Notes: generated from the letters alone by a model not told the origin. 64,000 bases of DNA from Felis catus (GCF_018350175.1 NC_058368.1:111292001-111356000); one strand, 5' to 3'. Positions 36,242 to 49,491 are shown, counted from the stretch's first letter. A program made the numbers and translations.

Positions 36242-38509
36242 GTAACTATAAAAGGAGCATTCAGTTTTTCCATTCTTTTTTTTCTTTCAGTGTTCCCATT
36301 CTTAAATTATTTAATGATCTAAAAGTGATTTGTTTTAGTGATTTGTATAATGATTGCTTTTAAAATCTTAGCCACTGGGGCACCTGGGTGGCTCAGTCGG
36401 TTAAGCATCCGACTTTGGCTCAGGTCATGATCTTGCAGTCCATGAGTTCGAGCCCTGCTTGGGCTCTGTGCTGACAGCTCAGAGCCTGGAGCCTGTTTAA
36501 GATTCTGTGTCTCCCTCTGTCTCTGACCCTCCCCCGTTCATGCTCTGTCTCTCTCTGTCTCAAAAATAAATAAACATTTAAAAAATTTTTTTAAATCTTA
36601 AAAAAGATGAGGTTTAAAAATAATAGTGAGGATGAATTATGTTAATCTTATATTTTAAGATTTTCAGTCATTTTTATACCTTGGCTTTCCTGATACTCCT
36701 CTTTGTCTTTCTCTGCTCAAGGAAGGCAGATATTTTTTCCATTTTATAGATAAAGAAATGGCGAGAAAGGTTAAGTAAGTTGATCAAAGTGTTTAGGCTA
36801 ATAAGACTTAATTTGTCCCAGAACCAGGTCATCTGATTTCCCAACTGGCTCTAATTCATGTGACATCTTTAAAAGGTGGTGATGACTGTTTTGCATTAAT
36901 ACCTGTCTCACTGGTATCTTTAAATGTTTTTGGCAAGAGTTATTTATTTATTAAAAAAAATTTTTTTTTAATGTTTATATATTTTTGAGAGAGAGAGAGA
37001 CATAGCATGAGCAGGGGAGGGACAGAGAGAGAGGGAGACACCGAATACAAAGCAGGCTCCAGGCTCTGAGCTGTCAGCACAGAGCCTGATGCAGTACTCA
37101 AACTCACAAACCTTGAGATTATGACTTGAGCAGAAGTTAGATGCTTCAACCGACTGAGCCACCCAGGCGCCCTGCAGCAAGAGTTATTTAAACATAATTT
37201 CATTTACTCTCTTTACTTTGACATTTTTCCAAATGTCTTCTTAAAAATGATGGTTATTAGATAATTTTGCTTTAACTAGAAGAAGGAAAAAAACCAGGTT
37301 GTGTGATCAAATAAGTTTTGGAAAGGTCATGTTGTACAATGTTAAAGTCGACTTTTTTTCTTAAAAGACTTCTTAGGCTTTGATAACGAATATGTCTTCT
37401 GATACTAGAAAAATGTAATAAATTAAGTGGCATTATCTCAATTTATTTAACCACATTCCTTTTTAAGGAATATTTGCTGTTGTTAAATGCTTTATGTTTT
37501 CTCAGCTTATCTTGGCCTCAGTTGTTCTGATGACAGTTTATTGTAAGAAATAACATTTACAAAAAATAACTTTACACATGCATGTATGTTATATTTATAT
37601 AGAAGTGAAATGAAAGTTTACTGATCTCTAACACATTCTGGTTTTTCCATTCTATTTCATTTTAAAAATACTGATTGTTGAGGCACCTGGGTAGCCCAGT
37701 CGGTTAAGTGTCTGACTCTTGGTTTCTGCTCAGGTCATGATCTCAGGGTTCATGGGTTTGAGCCCCACATCGTGCTCTGCTGACCGCACAGGGATTTCTC
37801 TCTCTGCCCCTCCCCCTGCCCACACTTTTTCTTTCTCAAAATAAATAAATCTTTAAAAAATAAAAAATAGGGGCACCTGGGTGACTCACTTGGTGAAGCA
37901 CCAGACTTCGGCTTAGGTCAAGATTTCTCAGTTCGTGAGTTCGAGCCCTGTATTGGTGAGCTCGAGCCCCCTTTGGGCTCCGCACTGTCAGCTTAGGGGG
38001 ATTCTGTCTCTCCCTCTCTCTTTCCCTTTCTCTCTGCTTCTCGTAGGATTCTCTCTCTCTCTCTCTCCCTCTTTGCCCCTCACTCACTCCCTCTCTCAAA
38101 AAACAAAAGAAACAACAAAAAAAATCAAATCAAGTTAAAAAAAAACATAACAAGTGAACAGGTAAATAAAATTAGAAAATGAGAATACTGGTTGTGGATA
38201 CTCATGATTCTCTAATGGAAACAATTCTCGACTTGAAAAACATTGGTGTATATAATTGCTTTAATTACTGCTTTCTAATGCTCCTTTCTTTTAAGGGATC
38301 ATGTGAAATTAAAATTGGTAAAATTCTCTGGTTTTCATTGAGTTCAAAGTTACAATACCATGTCGTCATGTTGCTGCTTCCTTTTCCTTTGTCGTGCTCC
38401 AGCATTCCAAAGAATTAAGCAGGAAGCTTTGGAGTCTTCTAATCAGACTTCACTGTGTTACCTTATGGAGCTGTATGGTGACCCTGGACATTATTTTCAA
38501 ATCTGTTTA

Positions 38510-38714
38510 TTTTTTTTCAACGTTTATTTTTGGGACAGGGAGAGACAGAGCACGAATGGGGGAGGGTCAGAGAGAGGGAGACACAGAATCAGAAGCAGGC
38601 TCCAGGCTCCGAGCCATCAGCCCAGAGCCTGACGCGGGGCTTGAACTCACAGACCGCGAGATCGTGACCTGGCTGAAGTCGGACGCTTAACCGACTGCGC
38701 CACCCAGGCGCCCC
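38510..38714 (-). mobile_element. Young antisense CAN-SINE with 13-bp TSD
   Basis: TSD tcaaatctgttta at 38497-38509 and 38715-38727. Confidence 0.94.
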
Positions 38715-38774
38715 TCAAATCTGTTTAAATAAGTATTAGTGATAAATAGACTAAAATTTCATCTTTTTTATTAG

Positions 38775-38853
38775 ATTGCTGAGCTGAAAAGAGGTGCTGA
38801 AATTATTGTTTGCACACCTGGTCGAATGATTGACATGTTAGCAGCTAACAGTG
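38775..38853 (+). CDS. DDX46: DDX46 exon 12 (TPGR motif)
   Basis: tattag|; [29 protein letters not shown]|gtaagt; 79 nt. Confidence 0.96.
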
Positions 38854-40269
38854 GTAAGTCAGGGATATTTTTTGTTGTTCTCATTTCTCGTTTTTGAATT
38901 CTATACATTTTTGTTAAATCAAAGCAGATAAAAGAAACCACCATTTTTTTTTATGTTTCTTCTTAAAGCTGTAATATCTTAAAATTTACATTGCAACCAG
39001 CTAACTGTTGCAAGCATTCATAATATTACTGCAATTTTACTTCCAATTTTATTTGGAAACTAACTCCATATGATGTTTTTGGTTCTTAACATGGATTCTT
39101 AATCAAATTTTGGTCTAGCTTTGCTTTTAATGGGGTTGGGGGGGCTATCTTTTTTTAATTTTTATTATTCTAAACTTCAGACTTTTTCCTCCACAGAAGC
39201 TAATGTTTTATTACAATACTGGATAAATTAAGGTATTGCAGCTTCAAGAAATTTTATCTTTTGTAAATATTGCATGTTTTTTAGCTCTTATGTTGTGCTT
39301 TGTTAAATTATTCCCTATCAAAACTGTTACTAAACTGTTGACATTATTTAACTTCTGTGGAGAAAGGCCCTTCGAGATTTATAGAACTGGGCTTCCGAGA
39401 CTTAAGCCATCCAAGGTAGGTAATTTAATGCTGTTCCCAACCTTGCAAGACTAATGGGGGCTGCAGATGTTAGTATGGAGTACTTAAATATTGGAGAGCA
39501 TTTACTTTGGCTCATTTCTTATTTTTTGAAGAAAATGCTTTCAAAGGTTTCCATTGCAGTGTTCAATATATACATAATAAAGTATTAAAAACTGTGAGTA
39601 ATGCATGTTTCTTGTAGCATTCGGCTTGAATTTCTGTATATACTTAATTCTAATTCTATATGATGTTGACGAAGTGACAACGAAATTGTTTGATAAATCA
39701 TTGTGCTTATACAGCCTACAAAAAGTTTTGGGTTGAATGCTGATGAAATAATCCCTTGTTTTTTCTCAATGCTGCATTGATTAAGTCTCCTGAAATTCAT
39801 CTTGATTAATTTTACCTTTTTCCCTTATCTGTCCTTTTGGTTTATATTTAATAACTATTTTATACATGTTTTTGCCAGGTGATTGATTCATCACTTGATA
39901 GAAAGGCTTGTGTTAATCCTTTAGAAAAACTTTCCTGTGTATGTTTTTAGTTTTCCACTGCCTAAGAAACCACTTGCATCTGTTTAAACCATTGGGAGCA
40001 TTTAATAACATTGAACTTATGATATCTTTGTGTAGAAAAATGTATGTATGCAATACATTTGGTATTTGAAGTTTTTGTTTAATAATTCAGTTACTTAATG
40101 ATGTTGAATAGCTTCTCATTAATATTTTGATATGCCCAGTAGAAGCTTCTAACTATATGAAAGTAGTTTATAAAGTAATATTAAAAGGAGGTTTTCTGCG
40201 TCTAAAATAGTTAGCACTGGAACTTGCTTTCCACACATACGCTGTAATCTCTAATATGTTTTTTTCTAG

Positions 40270-40386
40270 GTGATGCTGTCAGATAATGGCTGATGTGGCT
40301 CGATGCTTCATCTCAGTCTTAGTTTTATGATGTGTTTTGGAGAGGGCTGTTTTCTGAATTTTACAGGTCCTTCAGGCCCTATGATG
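40270..40386 (+). other. Candidate stop-containing (poison) cassette exon in DDX46 intron 12
   Basis: Acceptor gtttttttctag|, donor ATG|gtatgc; after exon 12 reads GDAVR* (TAA 40284-40286); internal alternative acceptor ttttacag| at 40366. Confidence 0.65.
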
Positions 40387-40591
40387 GTATGCAAGAGACG
40401 AGTTTGACAAAATAAAGGGCCTCATATACCCATTGTCAGAAAGTATTTGCCATTAGATTAAGATCTTGTAGACCAAAATTTCTGTTCACTCTTTAAAGAT
40501 ACCTAACTTACCCCTCTGGTTAAGTCAGGCATTTTAGTTCCCTTTACAGTTTTTTAAAGTTCTTGGTAGTCATAAAATGAATTGTGACTGA

Positions 40592-40747
<156 letters not shown>

Positions 40748-43700
40748 TAGAAAATCTTGTACCTGCCATGAGAATAACATGTTAATATGGTGTCTGAACT
40801 TCTCACACGTTTTTGTTGTGTTGTAATATAGTAGGTTGGGGACATAGGGAATTCAAATAGATAATTATGCTCTGAATTCCTCATAAAACTGGTTCAGGAG
40901 GTATTTCTAAAACCATTGTTGGTTAAATTAGAATTGGAATGCTGATAATAGAAGCTTAAGCTTCTCTATTTTATAGTTTTTATTGTATTTTGAAATAAAT
41001 TCTTTTAATTCATGCTTTTAATTGCCTCAACGATCAATATAGCACATTTTGTTTACATTCTGCAAATGTAAAAACTAAGGGCCAGAGCATTTGTCTACCT
41101 TAGATTTTAATATTCCTCATGCACACTGTTTGCTCAGATAGAAAATTTCAGTGTTATAAACTTAGAGGGACACATGTTAAGGAACTTTAAGGTCTTAGGA
41201 ATTTTTGCTAATGAGATAAGGAATGTGAGTTATCAATGTGCTATGGATGCCAAAAAAATTATTTTTGATCATAAACTGCATTAATAGAAATGGGGTATTA
41301 GCTTTCTCAATAGGTGGAGCATGTGACTCTTGATCTCTGGTCTGTGGGCTTGAGCTCCACGTTGGATGTAGAGATTGCTTAAGAAATTCTTTAAAGACAC
41401 CTGGGTGGCTCAGTTGGTGAGCGTCTAACTCTTGATTTCTGCTCAGATCATGATCCCGGGTCATGGGATAAGGCCCCATGTTGGGCTCTCTCTGAGCATG
41501 GAGCCTGCTTAAGATTCTCTCTCTCCCCCTCTGCTCCTCTCTCCCACTTGCACTCTCTCTCTCTGAAATTTTTTTAAAATTAAAAAAAGGGAATACAGTT
41601 AAGGTGGCCTTTGGTTTTTTTCAGTTTATTCATGTGTTCTCCAGAAATGTATTACCTGTCATATACTTGTATGTGTTGTGTTTAGATTTAGGGATCACAA
41701 TCTAAATGGGATATACAAGAGCACATAACAGTAAACAGGATTATGGTGACACCCGAACCATGTGAGAAATAGTTAAATGAATAAGTGACATTTAGCTTGG
41801 AGTAGAGGATTTGATAGCATCCTTTAACCGTTTGAAAAAAGTCTGTCACATGAAAGAATCATTGAGGAGTAGACCTGGGACCCAGTTGGGAAGCTATAGG
41901 GAGCTGAATCTAAGCATATGTGAGAAAGAACTGGATAAACATTATTTGGAGATGAAACAATTTACATTGTGGGAGGAGGGCAGATACTGAATATGTTTTT
42001 CGTCTATGTGTTCGGTTAGAGGTAGGGGGTCCATTTGAGGAACGAGAGCAGAAGGAATTGATGAATAGATGGAAGATGGAATTAGATCCCTTTCAAATGT
42101 CTTTCCCAGTCCTGGGAAATCTTAGATTTTATGGTAATGTTTAAGGTAGGTGTGGTGTGATTGGGCCTTTCTGGTAAATCAATTAAGTGTTGCCAGAAAG
42201 AGGCCAAAATAACTTTTCCCAATCATATGCAGTGTGTGAGTCATTTCTTGCCATTAGTGCTTACATCTACATTAAGTATGTGAGGGAGAAATGCTGAGTA
42301 ACAGCGTATGTGTAAGCACTAAACCGTTGAAAAGAAGAAATTTTAGATTAATGATTATTTTGTGAGCTGTTGTGTAGATTAAAAATGCTTGGTTCAGGTT
42401 CAGTGCCATAGAGCACTATTTGGATGTTAAAGCAAGTAAAGGCATCCCCATTTGAATCAAAGCTGGTGCTAGTCAGTGCACATCTGCACAATGACTTCTA
42501 TCTAGAGCAGAGTTGGCAGACAGTGTGCCTCCAGACATGATTCTGTATGGAAGAAAATCATGAAAATTGGGAACTAAATCAAATAATGCTTAATGTATAT
42601 TTTTCTGAGTGTAAATCCATAGTAAATGTATATGCTATACAGTGACATTGGCAGAACGTACAGGAGTCTCCTTTTTCACATTAGCATATACAGGTTGGCA
42701 GGTTGAAAGGCACTTGGGCAGATCTTTGTGAATTGTTTTATTTATTTATTTATAATTTTAGAGAGAGGACAAGCAGGGGAGAGTGGTGGTGGGTGGGGAG
42801 GGGGGAGAGAATCTTAAGCAGGCTCCACATTCAGCACTGAGCCTGATATGGGGTTTAATCCCACAACCCTGGAATCATGAACTGAGCTGAAATCAAGACT
42901 TCGATGCTCAACTGACTGAGTCACCCAAGTGCCCCTAACAGAATATTAAAAAGTGGTTTTCCATGACAAATTTTTCTACAGTTTCTAGGTTCTTTTTTAA
43001 TTTAGTAAAATTAAAGAGTAAGAGAAGAAATTGATTAGATATAGACCTTGATCTTTAGCTCTAGTTAGCCATTATGGAGCTGGATATACATACTTTGTGA
43101 AAATATGTTAAGTAATATTCCTATTAGTTATAAAAAAATGGTTATTTACAAAAAAAAATACCAAATGATTATTTACATGTTTTACTTTTTATTTTTATTA
43201 AGAAAGTCAGGAATGTTTTAATTGACAAATTTATTCATACGTGTGACTAGTACAAAATGAAGTGATCTAAAGATCACTAAATCTAAAGATTCTAAAGATG
43301 TTTACTCCGAGTTTTTACTTTCTTGAAAATACCGATCACGTAGTAAAGTGAGACAGTAAATGTATTTGTCACTTGTACAGTGCAAAGCAGCATGCTTGCC
43401 TCAGTCATCAAGGAGCTCACTGTTTAGTGAGAGATTATCGTAACTTTGAAGGCTGTCTTCAAATTGGCATAAAAAATAGGTCACTGAAGGGGCACCTGGG
43501 TGGCTCCATCAGCTAAGCATCCAACTTTTGATTTTGGCTCAGGTCATGATCTCAGAGTCGTAAGAACCCACATCGGTTTCTGCACTGGGCATGGAATCTG
43601 CTTACTTAAGATTCTCTCTCCCTGTACCGCTTGTGCTCTCTCTCTTAAAAAAAAAAAAAAAAGTAGGGGGCACCTGGGTGGCTCAGTTGGTTGAGTGTCT

Positions 43701-45170
43701 AACTTCAGCTCAGGTCGTGATCTCGCAGCTCATGAGTTCGAGCCCCACGTCAGGCTCTGTGCTGACAGCTCAGCCTGGAGCCTGCTTCAGATTCTGTGTC
43801 TCCCTCTCTCTCTGCCCCTCCCTCACTCATGCTCTGTCTCTCAAATAAATAAATAAGTAAACATTAAAAAAAATAGGTCACTAGATTGATGATTAGATAC
43901 TTCAGCACCTCTCAGTCCTGTGTTCAGGCCACTGGTGAAGGGTTTGGTGCATAAGCAGCTCCTATTGAATAATATGGATGCTACTTAAGGAGATAGAGGT
44001 ACTAAAAAAAGAGCATTTTTCAAAAACTTATTTTTAAGTCTAATGTAATCCTTTACATTAGAGGAAACAGAATCAGGGATATAATGACAGTTTTGACCTC
44101 TCCCCGCACCCCCAAGTTTTATTCCTATTTCACAATAATGCTCTAGTCCAGAGTTATTTTGTTTTTTATGTAGTGTTTATTTTTTAGAGAGAGAGTGAGC
44201 AGGGGAGGAACAGAGAGAGAGAGAGAGGGAGACACAGAATCTGAGCTGTCAGCACAGAGCCTGATGCAGGCTCCAACCCGCGCACTGTGAGATTATGACC
44301 TGAACTGAAGTCGGAGACTTACCTGACTGATCCACCCAGGCACCTGTAGTCCAGGGTAATTTTTACCAACATACATATCAACATCTCAAGGACCCTATTT
44401 GTGACTTAAAGATTGAGATAGTGATATTTACTTTGATAAGTAAATCAATCATTAAGTTGGTAGCAAATTATTTTCTTGAGGGTAAAGGAAAGCATTGCAC
44501 GTTGTCAAGAGAAGTATAAGAGAGAATGTACTAAACTTTTAGAACTTCTTCAAAAGGAGCGTATGCCAGTGATCAAGACTTGAAATCAGTGAAAAGTGGG
44601 GGAAATGGCTACCTTTGTAAACATTAGTGACCAGCTGGACTGATGAATTGAGTTTTAGCCTATAGGTATGAAAGGAGAAGTTTAAGGACTTAGTACTTGG
44701 CAGCCCATGGCTGACTTTAATTATCTGTGTACTGTGAGAGAGGGAACATACTGAAAAGTTTCAGGAACAGCTTTTAATCAGTAGCCCCCAGTGTGATAGC
44801 CAAGTGAGCATAAGAAGGCAATTGAAACCCAGGCCAGTCATCCCTGAAAACGTGTGTCATCATTAGCGTCATACTATGGGCATCTTCACGACTCTAAGCA
44901 GTAATAGGTATTCATAAGGAAAATCTAAGCTCCCATGTGTGATAGTTAGTACACCGTTCCATGAAGCACAGGATTTATAGCTTATTCATGAAGATTTCTC
45001 TTAGCACTTGGGCAAGAGAGGGAGTTAGTTGTGGTTTTCAAGAAAACTTTCCTCCTTTGATGCCTGTTTCGGATTCTGTGTCTCCCTCTCTCTGACCCTC
45101 CCCCTTTCATGCTCTGTCTCTCTCTCTCTATCAAAAATAAACATTAAAAAAAAATTAAAAAAAAATTTTT

Positions 45171-45266
45171 AATGGAACTCTTCATGCATTTCCTCCTTGC
45201 ACAGGAACATGCTAATCTCTGTATCATTCCAATTTGTTTTAGTATGTGTGCTGCTAAAGTGAGCAC
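45171..45266 (-). pseudogene. U6 snRNA retropseudogene (degenerate)
   Basis: Minus strand GTGCTCACTTTAGCAGCACACATACTAAAACAAATTGGAATGATACAGAGATTAGCATGTTCCTGTGCAAGGAGGAAATGCATGAAGAGTTCCAT aligns end to end with U6, with CpG decay and indels; short A tail follows. Confidence 0.9.
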
Positions 45267-45719
45267 TTAAATGATTTTTTTTTAATGTTTCTTTATTTTT
45301 GAGAGCGTTTATTTATTTTTGGAAGAGCGTGAGCGGTGGAGGGGCAGAGAGAGAGGGGGAGATGCAGAATCAGAAGCTGGCTCTAGGCCCTGAGCTGTCA
45401 GCATGGAGCCCAGCGTGAGGCTTGAACTCACAAACTGCGAGATCATGACCCGAGCTGAAGTCAGACGCTTAACCGACTGAACCACCGAGGTGCCCCTTAA
45501 ATGATTTTTTTTTAAATGTTTATTTATTTTTGAGACAGAGAGCATGTGAGTGTGGGAGGCAGAAAGAGAGGGAGACAGAGAATCCCAAGCAGGCTCCGTG
45601 CTGTCAGCACAGAGCCCAGTTCAGGGCTTGAACTCACAAGTCGTGAAATCATGACCTGGGCCAAAATCAAGAGTCGGTCCCTTGACCAACTGAGTCACCC
45701 GGTGCCCCTTCAGTGATTT

Positions 45720-48605
45720 ATTTTTATGTTCTAAATTTACTTTTATTCAAGTATAATTAGCATACAGTGCTATTAGTTTCAGGTGTATGTTATTATCGGT
45801 TCTATATATTACTCAGTGCTCATCATGATAATTGTACTCTTAATCCCCTTCACCTGTTGCACTTATCCCCACTCACCTCCCCTCTGGTAACCACCATTTT
45901 GTTCTCTGTATTTAAGAGTATGCTTTTTTTTTCCTTTTGTCTGTTTTTATTCTTTATTCATTTTTTTAAGTTTATTTATTTTGAGAGAGGGGGGTAGAGA
46001 TAATACCAAACAGGCTCCATGCTGTTAGCACAGAGTCTAGTGTGGGGCTCAGTCGCATGAACCATGAGGTCATGACCTGAGCCAAGATCAAGAGTTGGAT
46101 TCTTAACTAATGGTGCCACCTAGGCACACCTGTTCATTTGCTTCTTAAATTCCATACATAAATGAGATCATATGGTATTTGTCTTTCTCTGACTGACTTA
46201 TTTCACTTAGCATTATACCCTCTGGGTTCATCCATGTTGTTGCAAATGGCAAGATTTCATTTAAATGACTCATTTTTAAAGATTGCCTTCTATCTGCGTA
46301 GGATTTATGTCCTCTGAGTTGATTTTCTATTTGCTTTGATTTCTGCATTCAGATTAGAAACATTCTGTAGAGGTCTGGGAACCTGTAGTTAACTACTTAC
46401 ATTTAAGGGACAGAGAAAAGGCAGCTTAAAATTCAGAGTTCTCTGTGCCAGAGCAGTACTTAGTGATCCTGAGTTTCACTGTTGTAATCTGGCTGGGACT
46501 TTAATTTAGATGAGGACTATCTTCTGCCTGACTTCTTGGACTGGGCAGACCGTCCCTGGAAAAATATTGGCCAGTCTCCAGCCTGGACTGTAAAGGCCTG
46601 TCTCTTGTTCTAGGTTGGGAAAGAGGCTTGAGGGAGAGTGGGAGCCTCAGTATTGAACATCATGCATTTACTTAATGCTTTTCTTCTTAGGATGTTATCC
46701 TTGCCTCATCCAGTCATGTTCTTATTTTATATTCTGCGTCAGCTAAACCTTTGGGTCTTTGGCTAGGGTGAGAGAAGGGCCTGACAGTAGGAGATAGGTG
46801 GAGGTTGAGGGATTTGATTGCTTCTTTAAAAAAATTTTTATTTTTGAGAGAGAGACAGAGAGAGAGAGCACGAGTGGGGGAGGAATAGAGAGAGAGGGAG
46901 ACACAGAATCTGAAGCAAGCTCCACACTCTGAGCTTCAGCACAGCCTGATGTGGGGCTCAAACCCACAAACTGTGAAAATGACCTGGGCTGAAGTTGGAC
47001 TCTAAACTGACTGAACCCCCTAGGTGCCCTGGGATTTGATTGCTTCTTAAGCAGACTTTGCATCAATTCTCTTCATTTTGGAATCCCACCTTTCATCTCC
47101 ATATAGGGAGAATAGCTTCATTCTCAACTTTTTCTTACTGCCAGCTTCCTTGAGCTTGATTAATCTTTTACCATCTTGAAACATTTTGTTGCTTTTTGTT
47201 TTGTTTTGTTGACAAATAAAATTTACATACTGTAAAACTCATGCTTTTTTAAAATTTATTTTTCTAATTTACATCCAAGTTAGTTAGCATATATTGCAAC
47301 AGTGATTTCAGGAGTAGATGCCTTAATGCCCCTTACCCATTTAGCCCATCCCTCCTCCCATAATCCCTCCAGTAATCCTGTTTGTTCTCCATATTTAATA
47401 GTCTGTTCTGTTTTTGTCCCTCTCCCTGTTTTTATATTATTTTTGTTTCCCTTCCCTTATGTTCATCTGTTTTGTATCTTAAAGTCCTCATATGAGTGAA
47501 GTCATATGATATTTGTCTTTCTCCAAATGGCTAATTTCGCTTAGCATAATACCCTCTAGTTCCACCCACGTAGTTGCAAATGACAAGATGCCATTCTTTT
47601 TGATTGCCGAGTAACACTCCATTGTATAGATATACCACACCTTCTTTATCCGTTCATCTGTCGTTGGACATTTGGGCTCTTTCCATACTTGGGCTATTGT
47701 TGATGGTGCTGCTATAAACATCGGAGTGCATGTGCCCCTTGGAAACAGCACACCTGTATCCCTTAGATAAATACCCAGTAGTGCAATTTGCTGGGTCGTA
47801 GGGTAGTTCTATTTTTAATTTTTTGAGGAACCTCCATACTGTTTTCCAGAATGGCTGCATCAGTTTGCATTCCTGCTAGCAGTGCAAAAGAGATCCTCTT
47901 TCTCCTCATCCTCACTACCATTTGTGTTTGCCTACCACATCTTTCTTAAAATTTATTTTGTAAAAACTCTTACTGTTTGTTTATTTTTGAGAGAGAAAGA
48001 GACAGAGAGTGAGTGGGGGGGAGGGCCAGAGAGAGGGAGACACAAAATTGGAAGCAGGCTCCAGGCTCTGAGCTGTCAGTACAGAGCCCAGCGTGGGGCT
48101 TGAACCCGTAAACTGCAAGATCATGACCTGATCTAAAGTCGGATGCATCACTGACTGAGCCACCCAGTCACTCCTCTACCACATTCTTTATCCATTCATC
48201 ATTTAATGGACATTTGGACTCTTTCCATAGTTTTGCTATTGTTGATAATGGTGCTGTAAAGGTCAGAGTGTATGTACCCCTTCAAATCTGTATATTTGTA
48301 TCCCTTAGGTAAATGCGGAGTGGTACAATTGTTGGATTATAGGGTAGTTCTATTTTTAACTTGTTGAGAAACCTCCATACTGTTCTCCAGAGTGGATGCA
48401 CCAGTTTGCATTCCCACCAACAGTGCGAGAGAGTTCCCCTGTCTCCACATCCTCGCCAACACTGTTGTTTCCTGAGTTAATTTTAGCCATTCTGACACCT
48501 GTGAGGTGGTATTTCATCATGGTTTTGATTTGTATTTCCCTGATGATGAGTGATATTTAACATATTTTCATGTATCTGTTAGTCTTCTGGATGTCTTCTT
48601 TGGAA
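45720..48605 (-). mobile_element. Antisense L1 3'-end fragments (~45720-46260, ~47245-47915, ~47920-48605) interrupted by SINEs
   Basis: ORF track NEILPFATTWMNPEGIMLSEISQ and TCTPMFIAAPSTIAQVWKEPKCP..FATTWVELEGIMLSEIS are the L1 ORF2p C-terminus. Confidence 0.88.
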
Positions 48606-49326
48606 GAATACCCTTCCCAGTTTCCAGTCACTCACCACCATCTACCTTTAAACCATCATCAGTAATATTACTCATTATTACTTTTTTTCTTGTTTTACCA
48701 ATCATCACAAGAATCCTAGGAGTCTTTATTTTCTCCAGGGCTCTATAGACACTGAGGCAATTGGTGCCTGTATCTTACTCCCTCTACAGTATGTTCACCT
48801 TCATTGTTCTCTTTCTGTAGCTCTTTCAACCTTTGATACATAATATATTTATGTGTCCACTCTCCTTAGAATAGAAGTTCCATGGAGACAAGTTTTTGTC
48901 TGTTTTTATTGCATATTTCCAAATAGAGCAGTGCTTGGCACATAATAGTTCAGTAAAATTGTGTTTACTAAGTGAAGGAAAACAGTGGTACAAGGGAAAA
49001 TAGTTTCATCCCGGATGTAGTTTGAAGACTGAGAATACTGTATTTATTGGTGAATTAGGTGTGAGATGAGAGAAAGAGAGAGAGAGTAGTTACAGATGGC
49101 TCCTCCATCTTTGGCCTAAACATGTAGATAACTACAGTTGCCATTTCTTACGGGGGGGGGGGGGGGACTGAGAGGAGCAAATTATGGGGTAAAATCAATT
49201 ATAATCTAAGGTAACAGGTTTAGAAGTCACTGAATGGATGTTCTCAAAATTTCTTTCTACTTGATTTTAACATCATTGACTTTTAGAGGCTAAACTCAGC
49301 CGTATTTATTTGCATTGTGTCCTTAG

Positions 49327-49491
49327 GTCATGCGCATTGTGGATAATGTCCGTCCGGATCGACAGACAGTTATGTTTTCAGCTACTTTCCCCAGAGCTAT
49401 GGAGGCTTTGGCTCGCAGAATCCTCAGTAAACCCATTGAAGTGCAGGTTGGAGGCAGAAGCGTGGTTTGCTCAGATGTGGAACAACAAGTG
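49327..49491 (+). CDS. DDX46: DDX46 exon 14 (SAT motif)
   Basis: ccttag|; [58 protein letters not shown]|gtgggt; 165 nt. Confidence 0.96.

Noticed and set aside
40270..40358. Box C/D snoRNA-like motifs (gtgatgc or atgatgt ... ctga)
   Set aside because: No complete RTGATGA box C and no convincing terminal stem; a snoRNA covariance search would settle it
45171..45266. Functional U6 gene
   Set aside because: Multiple indels and substitutions; upstream sequence is a SINE tail rather than PSE/TATA
49152..49166. G15 run (and G22 at ~6066-6087) as regulatory G4 elements
   Set aside because: Homopolymer expansions inside repeat relics; lengths are unreliable and there is no supporting context
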